Origin: Eledone cirrhosa
Taxonomy: Eukaryota
Assembly (NCBI GenBank): GCA_964016885.1
Contig: OZ024766.1
Coordinates: forward strand, 9,796,001-9,860,000
Length of the DNA stretch: 64,000 bases
Reading direction: 5' to 3'
Under the pieces are notes generated by a model. It was not told where the DNA came from. It saw nothing but the letters and a program-made list of their open reading frames with translations, and made no database searches. The position numbers and the translations under genes were made by a program. This document shows, piece after piece, positions 28,359 to 41,200 of the stretch (positions are counted from its first letter, which is position 1; every line of letters begins with the position of its first letter).

Positions 28359-29004
28359 AATATCATTGTATATACATATATATATATATTTATGGATATA
28401 TATAGATATATATATAACGAAGGAAGTGTGGTAAGGAACCAGGTGGACCATAACGCACCAGAGTACTCAATACTTAGGGTAGTAGAGTGGGTAATAGGAG
28501 AAAGTATCACCCCGACAGTAGAACTTAAGCCGTTTCGGCGGCTATTTCTCAGCTCAGTTCAGAAATAGCCGTCGAAACGGCTTGAGCTCTGCCGTCGGGG
28601 GTCATACTTTTTCTTATTTTAAACAGAGCCGAAGAATTATGAAAATAAACCAAAGAAGCCTTCAATACATCAAAAGTCTTTATATTTTCATAATATATAT
28701 ATATATATATAATGGTGAACCTACAGTAACTGGACGTTAAGATTGCTATATAATATATATATATATATATAAGATTGCTATATATATATATATATATATA
28801 TATATAAGATTGCTATATAATATATATATATATATATAAGATTGCTATATATATATATATATATATATATATAATGGTGAACCTACAGTAACTGGACGTT
28901 AAGATTCCTATATAATATATATATATATATATAAGATTGCTATATAATATATATATATATATATAAGATTGCTATATATATATATATATATATATATAAG
29001 ATTG

Positions 29005-29045
<41 letters not shown>

Positions 29046-30106
29046 GGTGAACCTACAGTAACTGGACGTTAAGATTCCTATATAATGCCCAGTGCCCCTC
29101 GTTGCTGTCTTTTGCTCCGTTGTTCAACCCCTTCCTTTACATTTTCTTTAACATTGTAACATTAAAGGAATATATCTTTCATTATATCATACTTTATAGT
29201 GTTATCTAAGCATTTATAATGTTATTTATGTATATATTTAAAACATGTTATGTTATTCTACTGTAAATTTATTTATATGCTCTGTTTATATTTTCATTCT
29301 GAAAGAATTGCAAACGATTTGTATTGTTATTTATACAACTATGAATAAAATATTTGCTATAAATGTGTGTGTGTGTGAGTCCCAGGGTCAACCAGGGGTA
29401 AGACCATTAACTGAGGTACTTTCCTGATGATTTCCTTCGAATGAAACAGTTCTATATTAAATACATTTGATATATATACATGGTAGAGAGGTCTATATAT
29501 AAGCGAACTTAGATATAAAAATGTTTTCGTCAATCTTGATTATACACCAGGATTTTCACACATTTAATTTTAATATATAAATATATATATATATACATAC
29601 ATTATACCCAGGATTTTCAGACATTTAATTTTAATATATAAATATATATACATACATTATAATGTATGTATATATATTATAAACAGAGCATATAAATAAA
29701 TTTACAGTAGAATAACATAACATGTTTTAAATATATACATAAATAACATTATAAATGCTTAGATAACACTATAAAGGATGATATAATGAAAGATATATTC
29801 CTTTAATGTTACAATATTATAGAAAATGTAGAAGAAGGGGTTGAACAACAGAGCAAAAGACAGCAAATATATATATATATATATGATGGTGATTTCTCCC
29901 GAATGAAACAGTTCTAGTCCTGTAGAAGCCATTTCTATATTAAATATATATATATTTTTATATAGCTGCCATTATATATATATTTAATATACAAATGTAT
30001 GTATATATTTATATACAGAGACAGAGAGAGAAACACGCCCAAATGCAAGTTTGTTTTTTGGCGGGAAATGCATTTTCACTTTTGATGGAGAAGGAAGCTC
30101 GTTTAA

Positions 30107-30122
30107 ATGGCCGGATATAGAG
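30107..30122 (+). CDS. GUCD1: GUCD1 probable first coding exon (MAGYR, phase 1)
   Basis: aaATGGCCGGATATAGAG|gtacct in a locally CpG-containing stretch; phase-1 end fits the next exon; the donor is only moderately strong. Confidence 0.55.
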
Positions 30123-33100
30123 GTACCTTGCTTCATGATCGAAGACAGTAGAAATATCCGTATATTTATCGATAAAAAATCGAACATCTACGTTGGGTAT
30201 GTGTGTGGGTGAGCGGATATAAAAGAATTAAAAGGACACACACACACACACACATATATATATATCTATCTATCTAAGGCGGGTAAAATTCCCGAGATCC
30301 ACGGACGAATTCTCTCCAGCGGTCTCTGTCCCTCATTATCGCTGCCATGTCCTGCATCCCCAACAGACCAGTGTCTGTCCTTAGGGCATTAACATACGTT
30401 AACCTTGGTCTTCCCCTTCTAGTGTGTCCATGTAGGGGCTCCCAAAGGAGCACTGAGTGCAATGTCAACTCTGGATGTCGGTGAGTGTGTCCATGCAGGG
30501 GCTCCCAAAGGAGCACTGAGTGCAATGTCAACTCTGGATGTCGGTGAGCATGTCCAGCTAACCTCAGTCTCCTCTGTGTCACTTTTGAGCTGACTTTTGG
30601 GATGCTCCCATACAGCTCTGAGTTTTTCATCCTCAGTGTATACTGATTAATGTTCAGAGCCACCTCAGCATTCTCGTGTAGCACCCATCCACCATCTGAG
30701 TGAGTCTCTTGGTCAGTGTCCAAGTCTCAGACCCATACAGCAGCACAGACTCCACTACAGCAATGAAGAGGCGGACTTTCAGGTCTCTACGAAGGTCCGA
30801 CTTCCACACCGATCTCAAGCTGTGGCATGCCGCCCAGGCCTTGCTCTTCCTCTCAACCACATCATCCTCCGTATTCCCAATCTTTGCTCCCAAATACAGG
30901 AAGTCCTCAACCAATTCCAGCGGCTTCCCGCCTACATTAGTGATCCCCTCTGGCTTCTCAACATTCTCTACCAGATATTTTGTTTTAGTCTTATTCAGCC
31001 CCACACTCATCGACACAGTCTCAACCTCCCGCATCAAATCCTCTGCCTCCTTCACGGTATTTGTCACCAAAACTATGTCGTCGGCAAATTCAGCATCTGA
31101 TACCTTTTTCGCCCCAACTCTCCTGCTCTGAGCCGGTGCTACAGTAAAGCCAGAGTCCTGGTGTTTCTCCAGTGCAAGGCGCATACAATAGTCCACTACG
31201 ATGATAAAAAGGTAGGGAGCCAATGTATCTCCCTGGAGCACTCCAGCCAGTATCTCAAAGAACTCTGTCATCCCATCAAGTGTAATGACTTGGGCAAGGA
31301 GGGCAAGGCTCATGGAGAAGATGGAGTGGCATCAGAGGTGATGAAGAGGTGTGATTTTGATGATATCATCCTGGGGTTCTGTAACGGGGCACTGGAGAAA
31401 GGAGTTGCCCCGAATCAGTGGAGGATCAGTAACATCGTCCCAGTGCCAAAGAAGGGAGATCTCTCTAACACCAACAACTACCGGGGGATCTCACTGACGT
31501 CACTTGTGGCAAAGACCCTCAACAGGATGATTCTTAACAGGATCCAGCCTGAGATGGAGAAGAAGCTCAGGGACAACCAGAACGGCTTCAGAGAGGGTAG
31601 ATCAACCACCAGTCACATCCTGATGCTGAGGAGGATATTAGAGGGAGCTAGAGCAAAGTGCCTTCCTGCGGTCATGGTTTTCATTGACTTTAGGAAGGCC
31701 TTTGATTCTGTGGACCGTTACTGCCTGATGAAGATCTTACAGGCTTATGGAATCCCCAAGAAGATAGTGGACCTAATATCACTGCTCTACACCAACACCA
31801 AAGCCCAAGTCATATATATATATGTAACAGTAATATACGTGAACGGCAAAGCATAAACGAACTAAGGAAAAAAAATTAGAGATAAGAGGGATCAGATGTT
31901 GTTTACTCGAGAGAAGGCTACGTTGGTATGGACACGTGATGCGCATGAAAGTCGATAGCTGTATAACAAAGTGCAGGGCAATAAAGATAGACGGTAGTCA
32001 CGGAATAGGCAGACCTAGAAAAACCTGGGACGAGCTGATAAACTCCGACATCACACACTTACACCTCTCCAAGACAATGTCACTGGACCGAGACCTTTGG
32101 CGGTACTCAGTAACAGAGAAGACCCGCCTTACCTAAATATATAGTAAAACCTACTCCAGCCAGTAGGCATCTCTAACAAAATACACCCCGTCCCACCACC
32201 ACCACCCCCACCCCATCCACACCACCCCGTTCTATGTAAAGTTATGTTGGTGCCGCGCCATCCAGGCCGAAACAAATGAGATCGTGTAGGTGTCACGACA
32301 AAAAAACACACAGTCCACGCTGTAATGTGGCCGTGTAGGCAACACGGTAAAAACCTCCCAGACCCACACTGTAAATGTGGTTGGTGTTAGGAAGGGCATC
32401 CAACTGTAGAAAACCTGCCAGACAGTCCTATGCGAGCAAGACAACCACTCTTGCCTCAAGTGGGAAAACTCCCGTCCAAACCCATGCAAGCGTGGAACAC
32501 GGACGTTAAACGTTGATGATGATGATGATGATGATATATATATATATATATATATATAACGAAGGAAGTGTGGTAAGGAACCAGGTGGACCATAACGCAC
32601 CAGAGTGCCCGATACTTAGGGTAGTAGAGTGGGTAATAGGGAAAGAGTCAGGACCCCGACGGCTGAGCTCCGGTCATTTCGACGGCTAGAGTTCGGATAT
32701 AGCTGTCGAAATGGCCGGAGCTCAGCCGTCGGGGTCCTGACTCTTTTCCTATATATATCATCATCATCATCATCACCGTTTTACGTCCGTTCTTCCACGC
32801 TAGCATGGGTTAGACGGGTTGTCCTGTTGTGGGCAGTGTCTGGTCGGCTGACCATGCCTTCCTCATACAGGAACTGATCTGGCTTGATTTCTACAGCTGG
32901 ATGCCCTTCCTAACACCAACCTCATTTACAGTGTGAGCTGGGTGCTTTTTCGTGGCGCCTACACGTCCACTTTACAGTGTGGGCTGGGTGCTTTTTTTGC
33001 CGTGGCACCTCCACGACCACCTTGCGGTGGGGGGAGTGGGGGCATATTGTTTATATGCTTCAGCATGTACCCATGGGAGGTCGGGTACCCTGTATTACTA

Positions 33101-33504
33101 TATATATATATATATATATATACATGGCTGAATACAATAAATGTATTAGGCACAAGGCCAGCAATTACTCAGTACATTACTGGTACTTTATTTTATCGAC
33201 CCTGTAAGGATGAAAGGCAAAGTCAACCTCGGCCGGGATTTGAACTCAGATCGTAAAACATTCGATTCGTTTGTAATTATGCAAACAAGCCTCAATTTTA
33301 TAGCCATGTCAGTAGAATGAACTCTTCATTCTTGCTCTTGTGCCAACATAAGAGCAAGAATGAAGGGTTCATTCTACTGACATAGCTATAAAATTGAGGC
33401 TTGTTTGCATAATTGCAAACGAATCGAATTCGAATGTTATTATTAATATTCGGAAAACTCAGATTACATTTATTGTTTATCATCATCATCATTTTACATC
33501 CGCT

Positions 33505-33547
<43 letters not shown>

Positions 33548-34207
33548 TTTAACAATGATGATAAAAACAAAGGCAAGTTATTTTACACATTCATTTCATA
33601 TCATTGTTTTACGATCGTTTCGGAGGGTTGATCATATTGATATATTGACTGGGCTATAGCAGTTAGAGAACAGTTCGATCATACCGTCTTCTTCGGAAAC
33701 AATGAACCTATCTGTGAATATCACTGAATTACTGTATAAAGCATTATTTTCAAAGTTTAATTATTTATTTTTTAACATAATAAATACATGAAAATATATT
33801 TCATACTTTGTCCTAATGAAGAACTTCAGGGTAAACAACATTTCTTGTCTTTCTTTGATTGGCTAAAATGTAGAGATTTTTTGAAGTTCCAGTCCTTGAA
33901 ACAGCCAAATAAAACATGCCATGACTGAATCAGGGGTTTGTCAGATCTATACCAATAGTTTTGAAAGTTTGACCTTGACTCATTGATGCTCATGGCAAAG
34001 TATGGCCTCACTGGGAAGTGCAGCCTCTTAAATGTAAAAGGCAACTCGCTATCATGAGAAGAGATTGACCTTTGTAAGCCTCGAATATAATGGTTGCTTT
34101 TTTTTAATGATTCACAAACATTTATTTACAATAGGTTATAACTTTTTGATAACAGATTACATTGAGTTATAACTACAGTATAGACCCTACCACGAAGGTA
34201 GACCACA

Positions 34208-34266
<59 letters not shown>

Positions 34267-34385
34267 ACAAATTTAATATAGAAATGGCGTCTACAGGACT
34301 AAAACTGTTTCATTCCAAGGAAATCACCAGGAACGTTCGTTTGCACACACGCATATATACACAAACACACATATGAATGTGTATA

Positions 34386-34424
<39 letters not shown>

Positions 34425-35159
34425 TGGAGGCATATGGCTTAGTGGTTAGAGCATTGGCCTTGCAATCGAAAGGTTGTGAGTTCAATTCTCAGACCGGGTG
34501 ATGTGTTGTTTCCTTGAGCAAGGCACTTTATTTCACATTGCTCCAGTTTACTCAGCTGTAGAAATGAGATGATAGGGACTGGGGTCCCTATCATTCCACT
34601 GCAAAGTGGTTGTGGAGGTGCCACAGCAAAAAAGCACCCAGCACTCACTGTAAATGAGGTTGGTGTTAGGAAGGGCATCCAGCTGTAGAAATCAAGCCAG
34701 AATCAGTTCCCGTCCCACCCTTGCAAGCAGGGAAAAAGCGGACGTAAAATGAAATGATATATATACAGAACACCCGCCTTGCCTAAGTACAAAGCGAAAC
34801 CTACAGTCAGTAGGCGCCTCTAACAAAATACACCCCCACCCCATCCACACCACCCCCTTAAATGTGAAGTTATGTTGGTACCACAACATCCAGTCCGAAA
34901 CAAATGAGGTTGTGTAGGTGTCACGACAAAAAACACACAGTCCACGCTGTAATGTGGCCGTGTAGGTAACACGGTAATAACCTCCCAGTCCACACTGTAA
35001 ACGTGGTTGGTGTTAGGAAGGGAGGGCATCCAGCCGTAGAAAACCCGCCAGACAGTCCTGAGCAAGACAACAAATCTTGCCTCAAGTGGGACAATTCCCG
35101 TCCAGACCCATGCTAGCATGGAAGATGGATGTTAAACGACGATGATGATGATGATGATG

Positions 35160-35231
<72 letters not shown>

Positions 35232-38200
35232 AGGCACATGGCTTAGTAGTTAGAGCATTGGGCTTGCAATCGAAAGGTTGTGAGTTCAATTCTCAGACCG
35301 GGTGATGTGTTGTTTCCTTGAGCAAGACACTTTATTTCACATTGCTCCAGTTTACTCAGCTGTAGAAATGAGATGATAGGGACTGGGGTCCCTATCATTC
35401 TACTGCAAAGTGGTCGTGGAGGTGCCACGGCAAAAAAGCACCCAGCACTCACTGTAAATGAGGTTGGTGTTAGGAAGGGCATCCAGCTGTAGAAATCAAG
35501 CCAGAATCAGTTCCTGTCCCACCCTTGCAAGCAGGGAAAAAGCGGATGTAAAATGATGATGATGATGATATGTAAAAGATTGTGACATTATCTGGTGATT
35601 GGCAGTATTTGGTAGAGTGCCGAACGCCATGCTCTGCAGCTTAGAGTTACGGTCTCAGTTCAAACTTTGCCTTCCATCCTTACGGGGTCGATAAAATAAA
35701 GTACCAGTAATACACTGGAATAATTGCTGGCCTTGTGTCAAAAGTACCAGTAATACACTGGGGTAATAGCTGGCCTTGTGTCAAAAGTACCAGTAATACA
35801 CTGGGGTAATAGCTGGCCTTGTGTCAAAAGTACCAGTAATACACTGGGGTAATAGCTGGCCTTGTGTCAAAAATACCAGTAATACACTGGGGTAATAGCT
35901 GGCCTTGTGTCAAAAGTACCAGTAATACACTGGGGTGATAGCTGGCCTTGTGTCAAAAGTACCAGTAATACACTGGAGTAATAGCTGGCCTTGTGTCAAA
36001 AATACCAGTAATACACTGGGGTAATAGCTGGCCTTGTGTCAAAAGTACCAGTAATACACTGGGGTAATAGCTGGCCTTGTGTCAAAAATACCAGTAATAC
36101 ACTGGGGTAATAGCTGGCCTTGTGTCAAAAGTACCAGTAATACACTGGGGTGATAGCTGGCCTTGTGTCAAAAGTACCAGTAATACACTGGAGTAATAGC
36201 TGGCCTTGTGTCAAAAATACCAGTAATACACTGGGGTAATAGCTGGCCTTGTGTCAAAAGTACCAGTAATACACTGGGGTGATAGCTGGCCTTGTGTCAA
36301 AAGTACCAGTAATACACTGGGGTGATAGCTGGCCTTGTGTCAAAAGTACCAGTAATACACTGGGGTAATTGCTGGCCTTGTGTCAAAAGTACCAGTAATA
36401 CACTGGGGTAATAGCTGGCCTTGTGTCAAAAGTACCAGTAATACACTAGGGTAATAGCTGACCTTGTGTCAAAAGTACCAGTAATACACTGGGGTAATAG
36501 CTGGCCTTGTGTCAAAAGTACCAGTAATACACTGGGGTAATAGCTGGCCTTGTGTCAAAAGTACCAGTAATACACTGGGGTAATAGCTGGTAACAGTTAT
36601 TACGAGGTCTTGATGATGATAACTTTCTCCTTACAGATGATTACACCATTAAAATACCATTCCAACCCCAAAGATGTAGCTGGGACTGTGGGCTGGCTTG
36701 TGTTTCTATGGTACTTAGGTAAGTAGTAGTGGTGGTGGTGGTGGTGGTGATCGTGGTGGTGGTGTTGGTGGCGTTGGTGGTGGTGATGGTAGTGGTGGTG
36801 TTGGTGGTGGTGGTGATGATAGTACCATTATCACCACCACCACCACCACAACAACCACCACAACAACCACTATCACAATCACCACCAACACCACCACTAC
36901 CACAACCACCATTACCATCACCACCACAACAACCACTATCACAATCACCACCAACACCACCACTACCACAACCACCATTACCATCACCACCACAACAACC
37001 ACTATCACAATCACCACCAACACCACCACTACCACAACCACCATTACCATCACCACCACCACCACCATTACCATCAACACCACCACTACCACAACAACCA
37101 CCACCACTACCATCACCATCACAACCACCATTACCATCAACACCACCACTACCACAACAACCACCACCACCACCAACACCACCACCACTACCATCACCAT
37201 CACAACCACCATTACCATCAACACCACAACAACCACCACCACCACCACCACTACCATCACCATCACAACCACCATTACCATCAACACCACAACAACCAAC
37301 ACCAACACCACCACCACTACCATCACTACCACAACCACCATTACCATCACCATCACCACCACAACCACCACAACCACCACAACCACTACCACAACCTCCA
37401 TCACCACAACCACCACCACTACTACCACCTCCATCACTACTACCATCATCATTACCATCACTACCACAAACACAACCACCACCGACACCACAACCACCAC
37501 TATCTTCATCAGGTTACAAACCAGTCTAACTCTACTCTCACTCTCTCACGAATGCGCAGGCACCTGGGAAAAGACGACTCAACAGTGTATGGCAAGGACC
37601 TGGAAAATCTGCAGTGTCGACTGAGGTAAGGGTTACAGCCCTAATCTGGAGTTTTTGCTGGGACAGAAGCAATGGGGTCCCACATGTAGGGTTAACTGGC
37701 CTCCTACAAGGTTGTATCTCGTAAGAGGTTTCTAGGTATTTTAACAACAGGGACCCCCACTTCTATCATGTCATTACAGCCCACACCTATCTATCCATCT
37801 AGGGCAGGTAAAATTCCCGAGATCCATGGACGAGTTCTCTCCAGCGGTCCCTGTCGCTCATTATCGCTGCCATGTCCTGCGTCTCCAACAGACCAGTGTC
37901 TGTCTTTAGGGCATCAACACATGTCAACCTCGTGTGTCCATGTAGGGGCTCCCACAGGAGCACTGAGTGCAGTGTCAACTCTGGATGTTGGTGAGCATGT
38001 CCAGCTAACCTAGTGTGTCAATGCAGGGGCTCCCACAGGAGCACTGAGTGCAGTGTCAACTCTGGATGTCGGTGAGCATGTCCAGCTAACCTCAGTCTCC
38101 TCTGTGTCACTTGAGATACACCCATATAGGGTTAGTTGGTCTCCTACAAGGTTGTATCTCATTGGAGGTTTCTTGGCTGTTTCAGCAAGAGACCCCAGTC

Positions 38201-41200
38201 CTATCATGTTGTTACAGCTCACACCTATGTAGGTTTAGCTGGCCTCCTACTGAGTTGTATCTCAGGTTTCTTGGGTGTTTTAATGATAGGGAGACCCCAG
38301 TCCTATCATGTTGTTGTGACAGCTTACACCTATGTAGGTTTAGCAAGCCTCCTCCAAGGTTGTATCTCATAGGAGGTTTCTTGGGTGTTTTAACCCTATA
38401 GCATTTAAACTGGCCATATCCGGCCAGAATTCTCTCACCTCTTTCTGTTCAAACCGGCTGTAACTGGCTGATCATACTGATGTTAAGGTATTGTTCTCAA
38501 AATAACTAATATCAAAATCTCATAGATTCAATATTATGCAAAATAATTATGTGAATGCTAAAGGGTTAATGGTAGGGACCATGAGTTTTCTCAAGTGTTT
38601 TAGTGATAGAGGACCCCCAGCCCTGTCATGTTGTCAACAAATTTAACATTAATCAACGTGTGTGTCTATATATTTCAGTGTTTGGTCCATACACTTGGCC
38701 TACCTGCTAAAATTCCATAATGTTCGGACAGAGTTTTTTACCATCACCCTGGGGGCTGACAATGGCTACTCTACACAGGTAAGGGACCTCAAATTCCCCA
38801 TTCTGGCTCTTTGTATCTGCTCTTGTGTCAGCGTAACCTTTTTTGATTTCATCCCAAACCAACCACCGGTTCTATGATAATTTTATGTAAGAACCTTAGT
38901 TAAGTTATGTTCCCAAAACCCCTGATTCTATGATACAAAACTGTTTTGTTTTACAGTGTTTATATTTATCTAAAAACCTTTGTTAAGTTATGTTCCAAAC
39001 ACCTCTGGTTCTAAAGTCTTTATATTTATCTAGACACAGTAAAAAGCACCCAGGTGTTACAACAAAAAGCACCCAGTCCTCACTGTAAAGTGGTCATGTA
39101 GGTGTCACAACAAAAAGCACCCAGTCCACACTGTAAAGTGGTCGTGTAGGTGTCACAACAAAAAGACACCCAGTCCACACTGTAAAGTGGTCATGTAGGT
39201 GTCACAACAAAAAGACACCCAGTCCACACTGTAAAGTGGTCATGTAGGTGTCACAACAAAAAACACCCAGTCCACACTGTAAAGTGGTCATGTAGGTGTC
39301 ATGACAAAAAGCACCCAGTCCACACTGTAAAGTGGTCATGTAGGTGTCATAACAAAAAGACACCCAGTCCACACTGTAAAGTGGTCATGTAGGTGTCACA
39401 ACAAAAAGCATCCAGTCCACACTGTAAAGTGGTCATGTAGGTGTCACTACAAAAAGGACCCAGTCCACACTGTAAAGTGGTCATGTAGGTGTCATGACAA
39501 AAAGCACCCAGTCCACACTGTAAAGTGGTCGTCTAGGTGTCACAACAAAAAGCACCCAGTCCACACTGTAAAGTGGTCATGTAGGTGTCACGACAAAAAG
39601 GACCCAGTCCACACTGTAAAGTGGTCATGTAGGTGTCATGACAAAAAGCACCCAGTCCACACTGTAAAGTGGTCGTCTAGGTGTCACAACAAAAAGCACC
39701 CAGTCCACACTGTAAAGTGGTCATGTAGGTGTCACGACAAAAAGGACCCAGTCCACACTGTAAAGTGGTCATGTAGGTGTCACGACAAAAAGCACCCAGT
39801 CCACACTGTAAAGTGGTCATGTAGGTGTCACGACAAAAAGGACCCAGTCCACACTGTAAAGTGGTCATGTAGGTGTCACGACAAAAAGCACCCAGTCCAC
39901 ACTGTAAAGTGGTCATGTAGGTGTCACGACAAAAAGCACCCAGTCCACACTGTAAAGTGGTCATGTAGGTGTCACGACAAAAAGCACCCAGTCCTCACTG
40001 TAAAGTGGTCATGTAGGTGTCACAACAAAAAGCACCCAGTCCACACTGTAAAGTGGTCGTGTAGGTGTCACAACAAAAAGACACCCAGTCCACACTGTAA
40101 AGTGGTCATGTAGGTGTCACAACAAAAAGACACCCAGTCCACACTGTAAAGTGGTCATGTAGGTGTCACAACAAAAAACACCCAGTCCACACTGTAAAGT
40201 GGTCATGTAGGTGTCATGACAAAAAGCACCCAGTCCACACTGTAAAGTGGTCATGTAGGTGTCATAACAAAAAGACACCCAGTCCACACTGTAAAGTGGT
40301 CATGTAGGTGTCACAACAAAAAGCATCCAGTCCACACTGTAAAGTGGTCATGTAGGTGTCACTACAAAAAGGACCCAGTCCACACTGTAAAGTGGTCATG
40401 TAGGTGTCATGACAAAAAGCACCCAGTCCACACTGTAAAGTGGTCGTCTAGGTGTCACAACAAAAAGCACCCAGTCCACACTGTAAAGTGGTCATGTAGG
40501 TGTCACGACAAAAAGGACCCAGTCCACACTGTAAAGTGGTCATGTAGGTGTCATGACAAAAAGCACCCAGTCCACACTGTAAAGTGGTCGTCTAGGTGTC
40601 ACAACAAAAAGCACCCAGTCCACACTGTAAAGTGGTCATGTAGGTGTCACGACAAAAAGGACCCAGTCCACACTGTAAAGTGGTCATGTAGGTGTCACGA
40701 CAAAAAGCACCCAGTCCACACTGTAAAGTGGTCATGTAGGTGTCACGACAAAAAGGACCCAGTCCACACTGTAAAGTGGTCATGTAGGTGTCACGACAAA
40801 AAGCACCCAGTCCACACTGTAAAGTGGTCATGTAGGTGTCACGACAAAAAGCACCCAGTCCACACTGTAAAGTGGTCATGTAGGTGTCACGACAAAAAGG
40901 ACCCAGTCCACACTGTAAAGTGGTCATGTAGGTGTCACGACAAAAAGCACCCAGTCCACACTGTAAAGTGGTCATGTAGGTGTCACAACAAAAAGCACCC
41001 AGTCCACACTGTAAAGTGGTCATGTAGGTGTCACGACAAAAAGGACCCAGTCCACACTGTAAAGTGGTCATGTAGGTGTCACAACAAAAAGACACCCAGT
41101 CCACACTGTAAAGTGGTCATGTAGGTGTCACGACAAAAAGCACCCAGTCCACACTGTAAAGTGGTCATGTAGGTGTCACGACAAAAAGCACCCAGTCCAC

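Noticed and set aside
34426-34500. tRNA gene
   Set aside because: A and B boxes are present, but the sequence continues into a multicopy SINE body and lacks a proper acceptor stem and terminator
36729-37529. Proline-rich extensin-like ORF
   Set aside because: (CAC)n low-complexity tract lying inside the intron between GUCD1 exons ending at 36718 and starting at 37560
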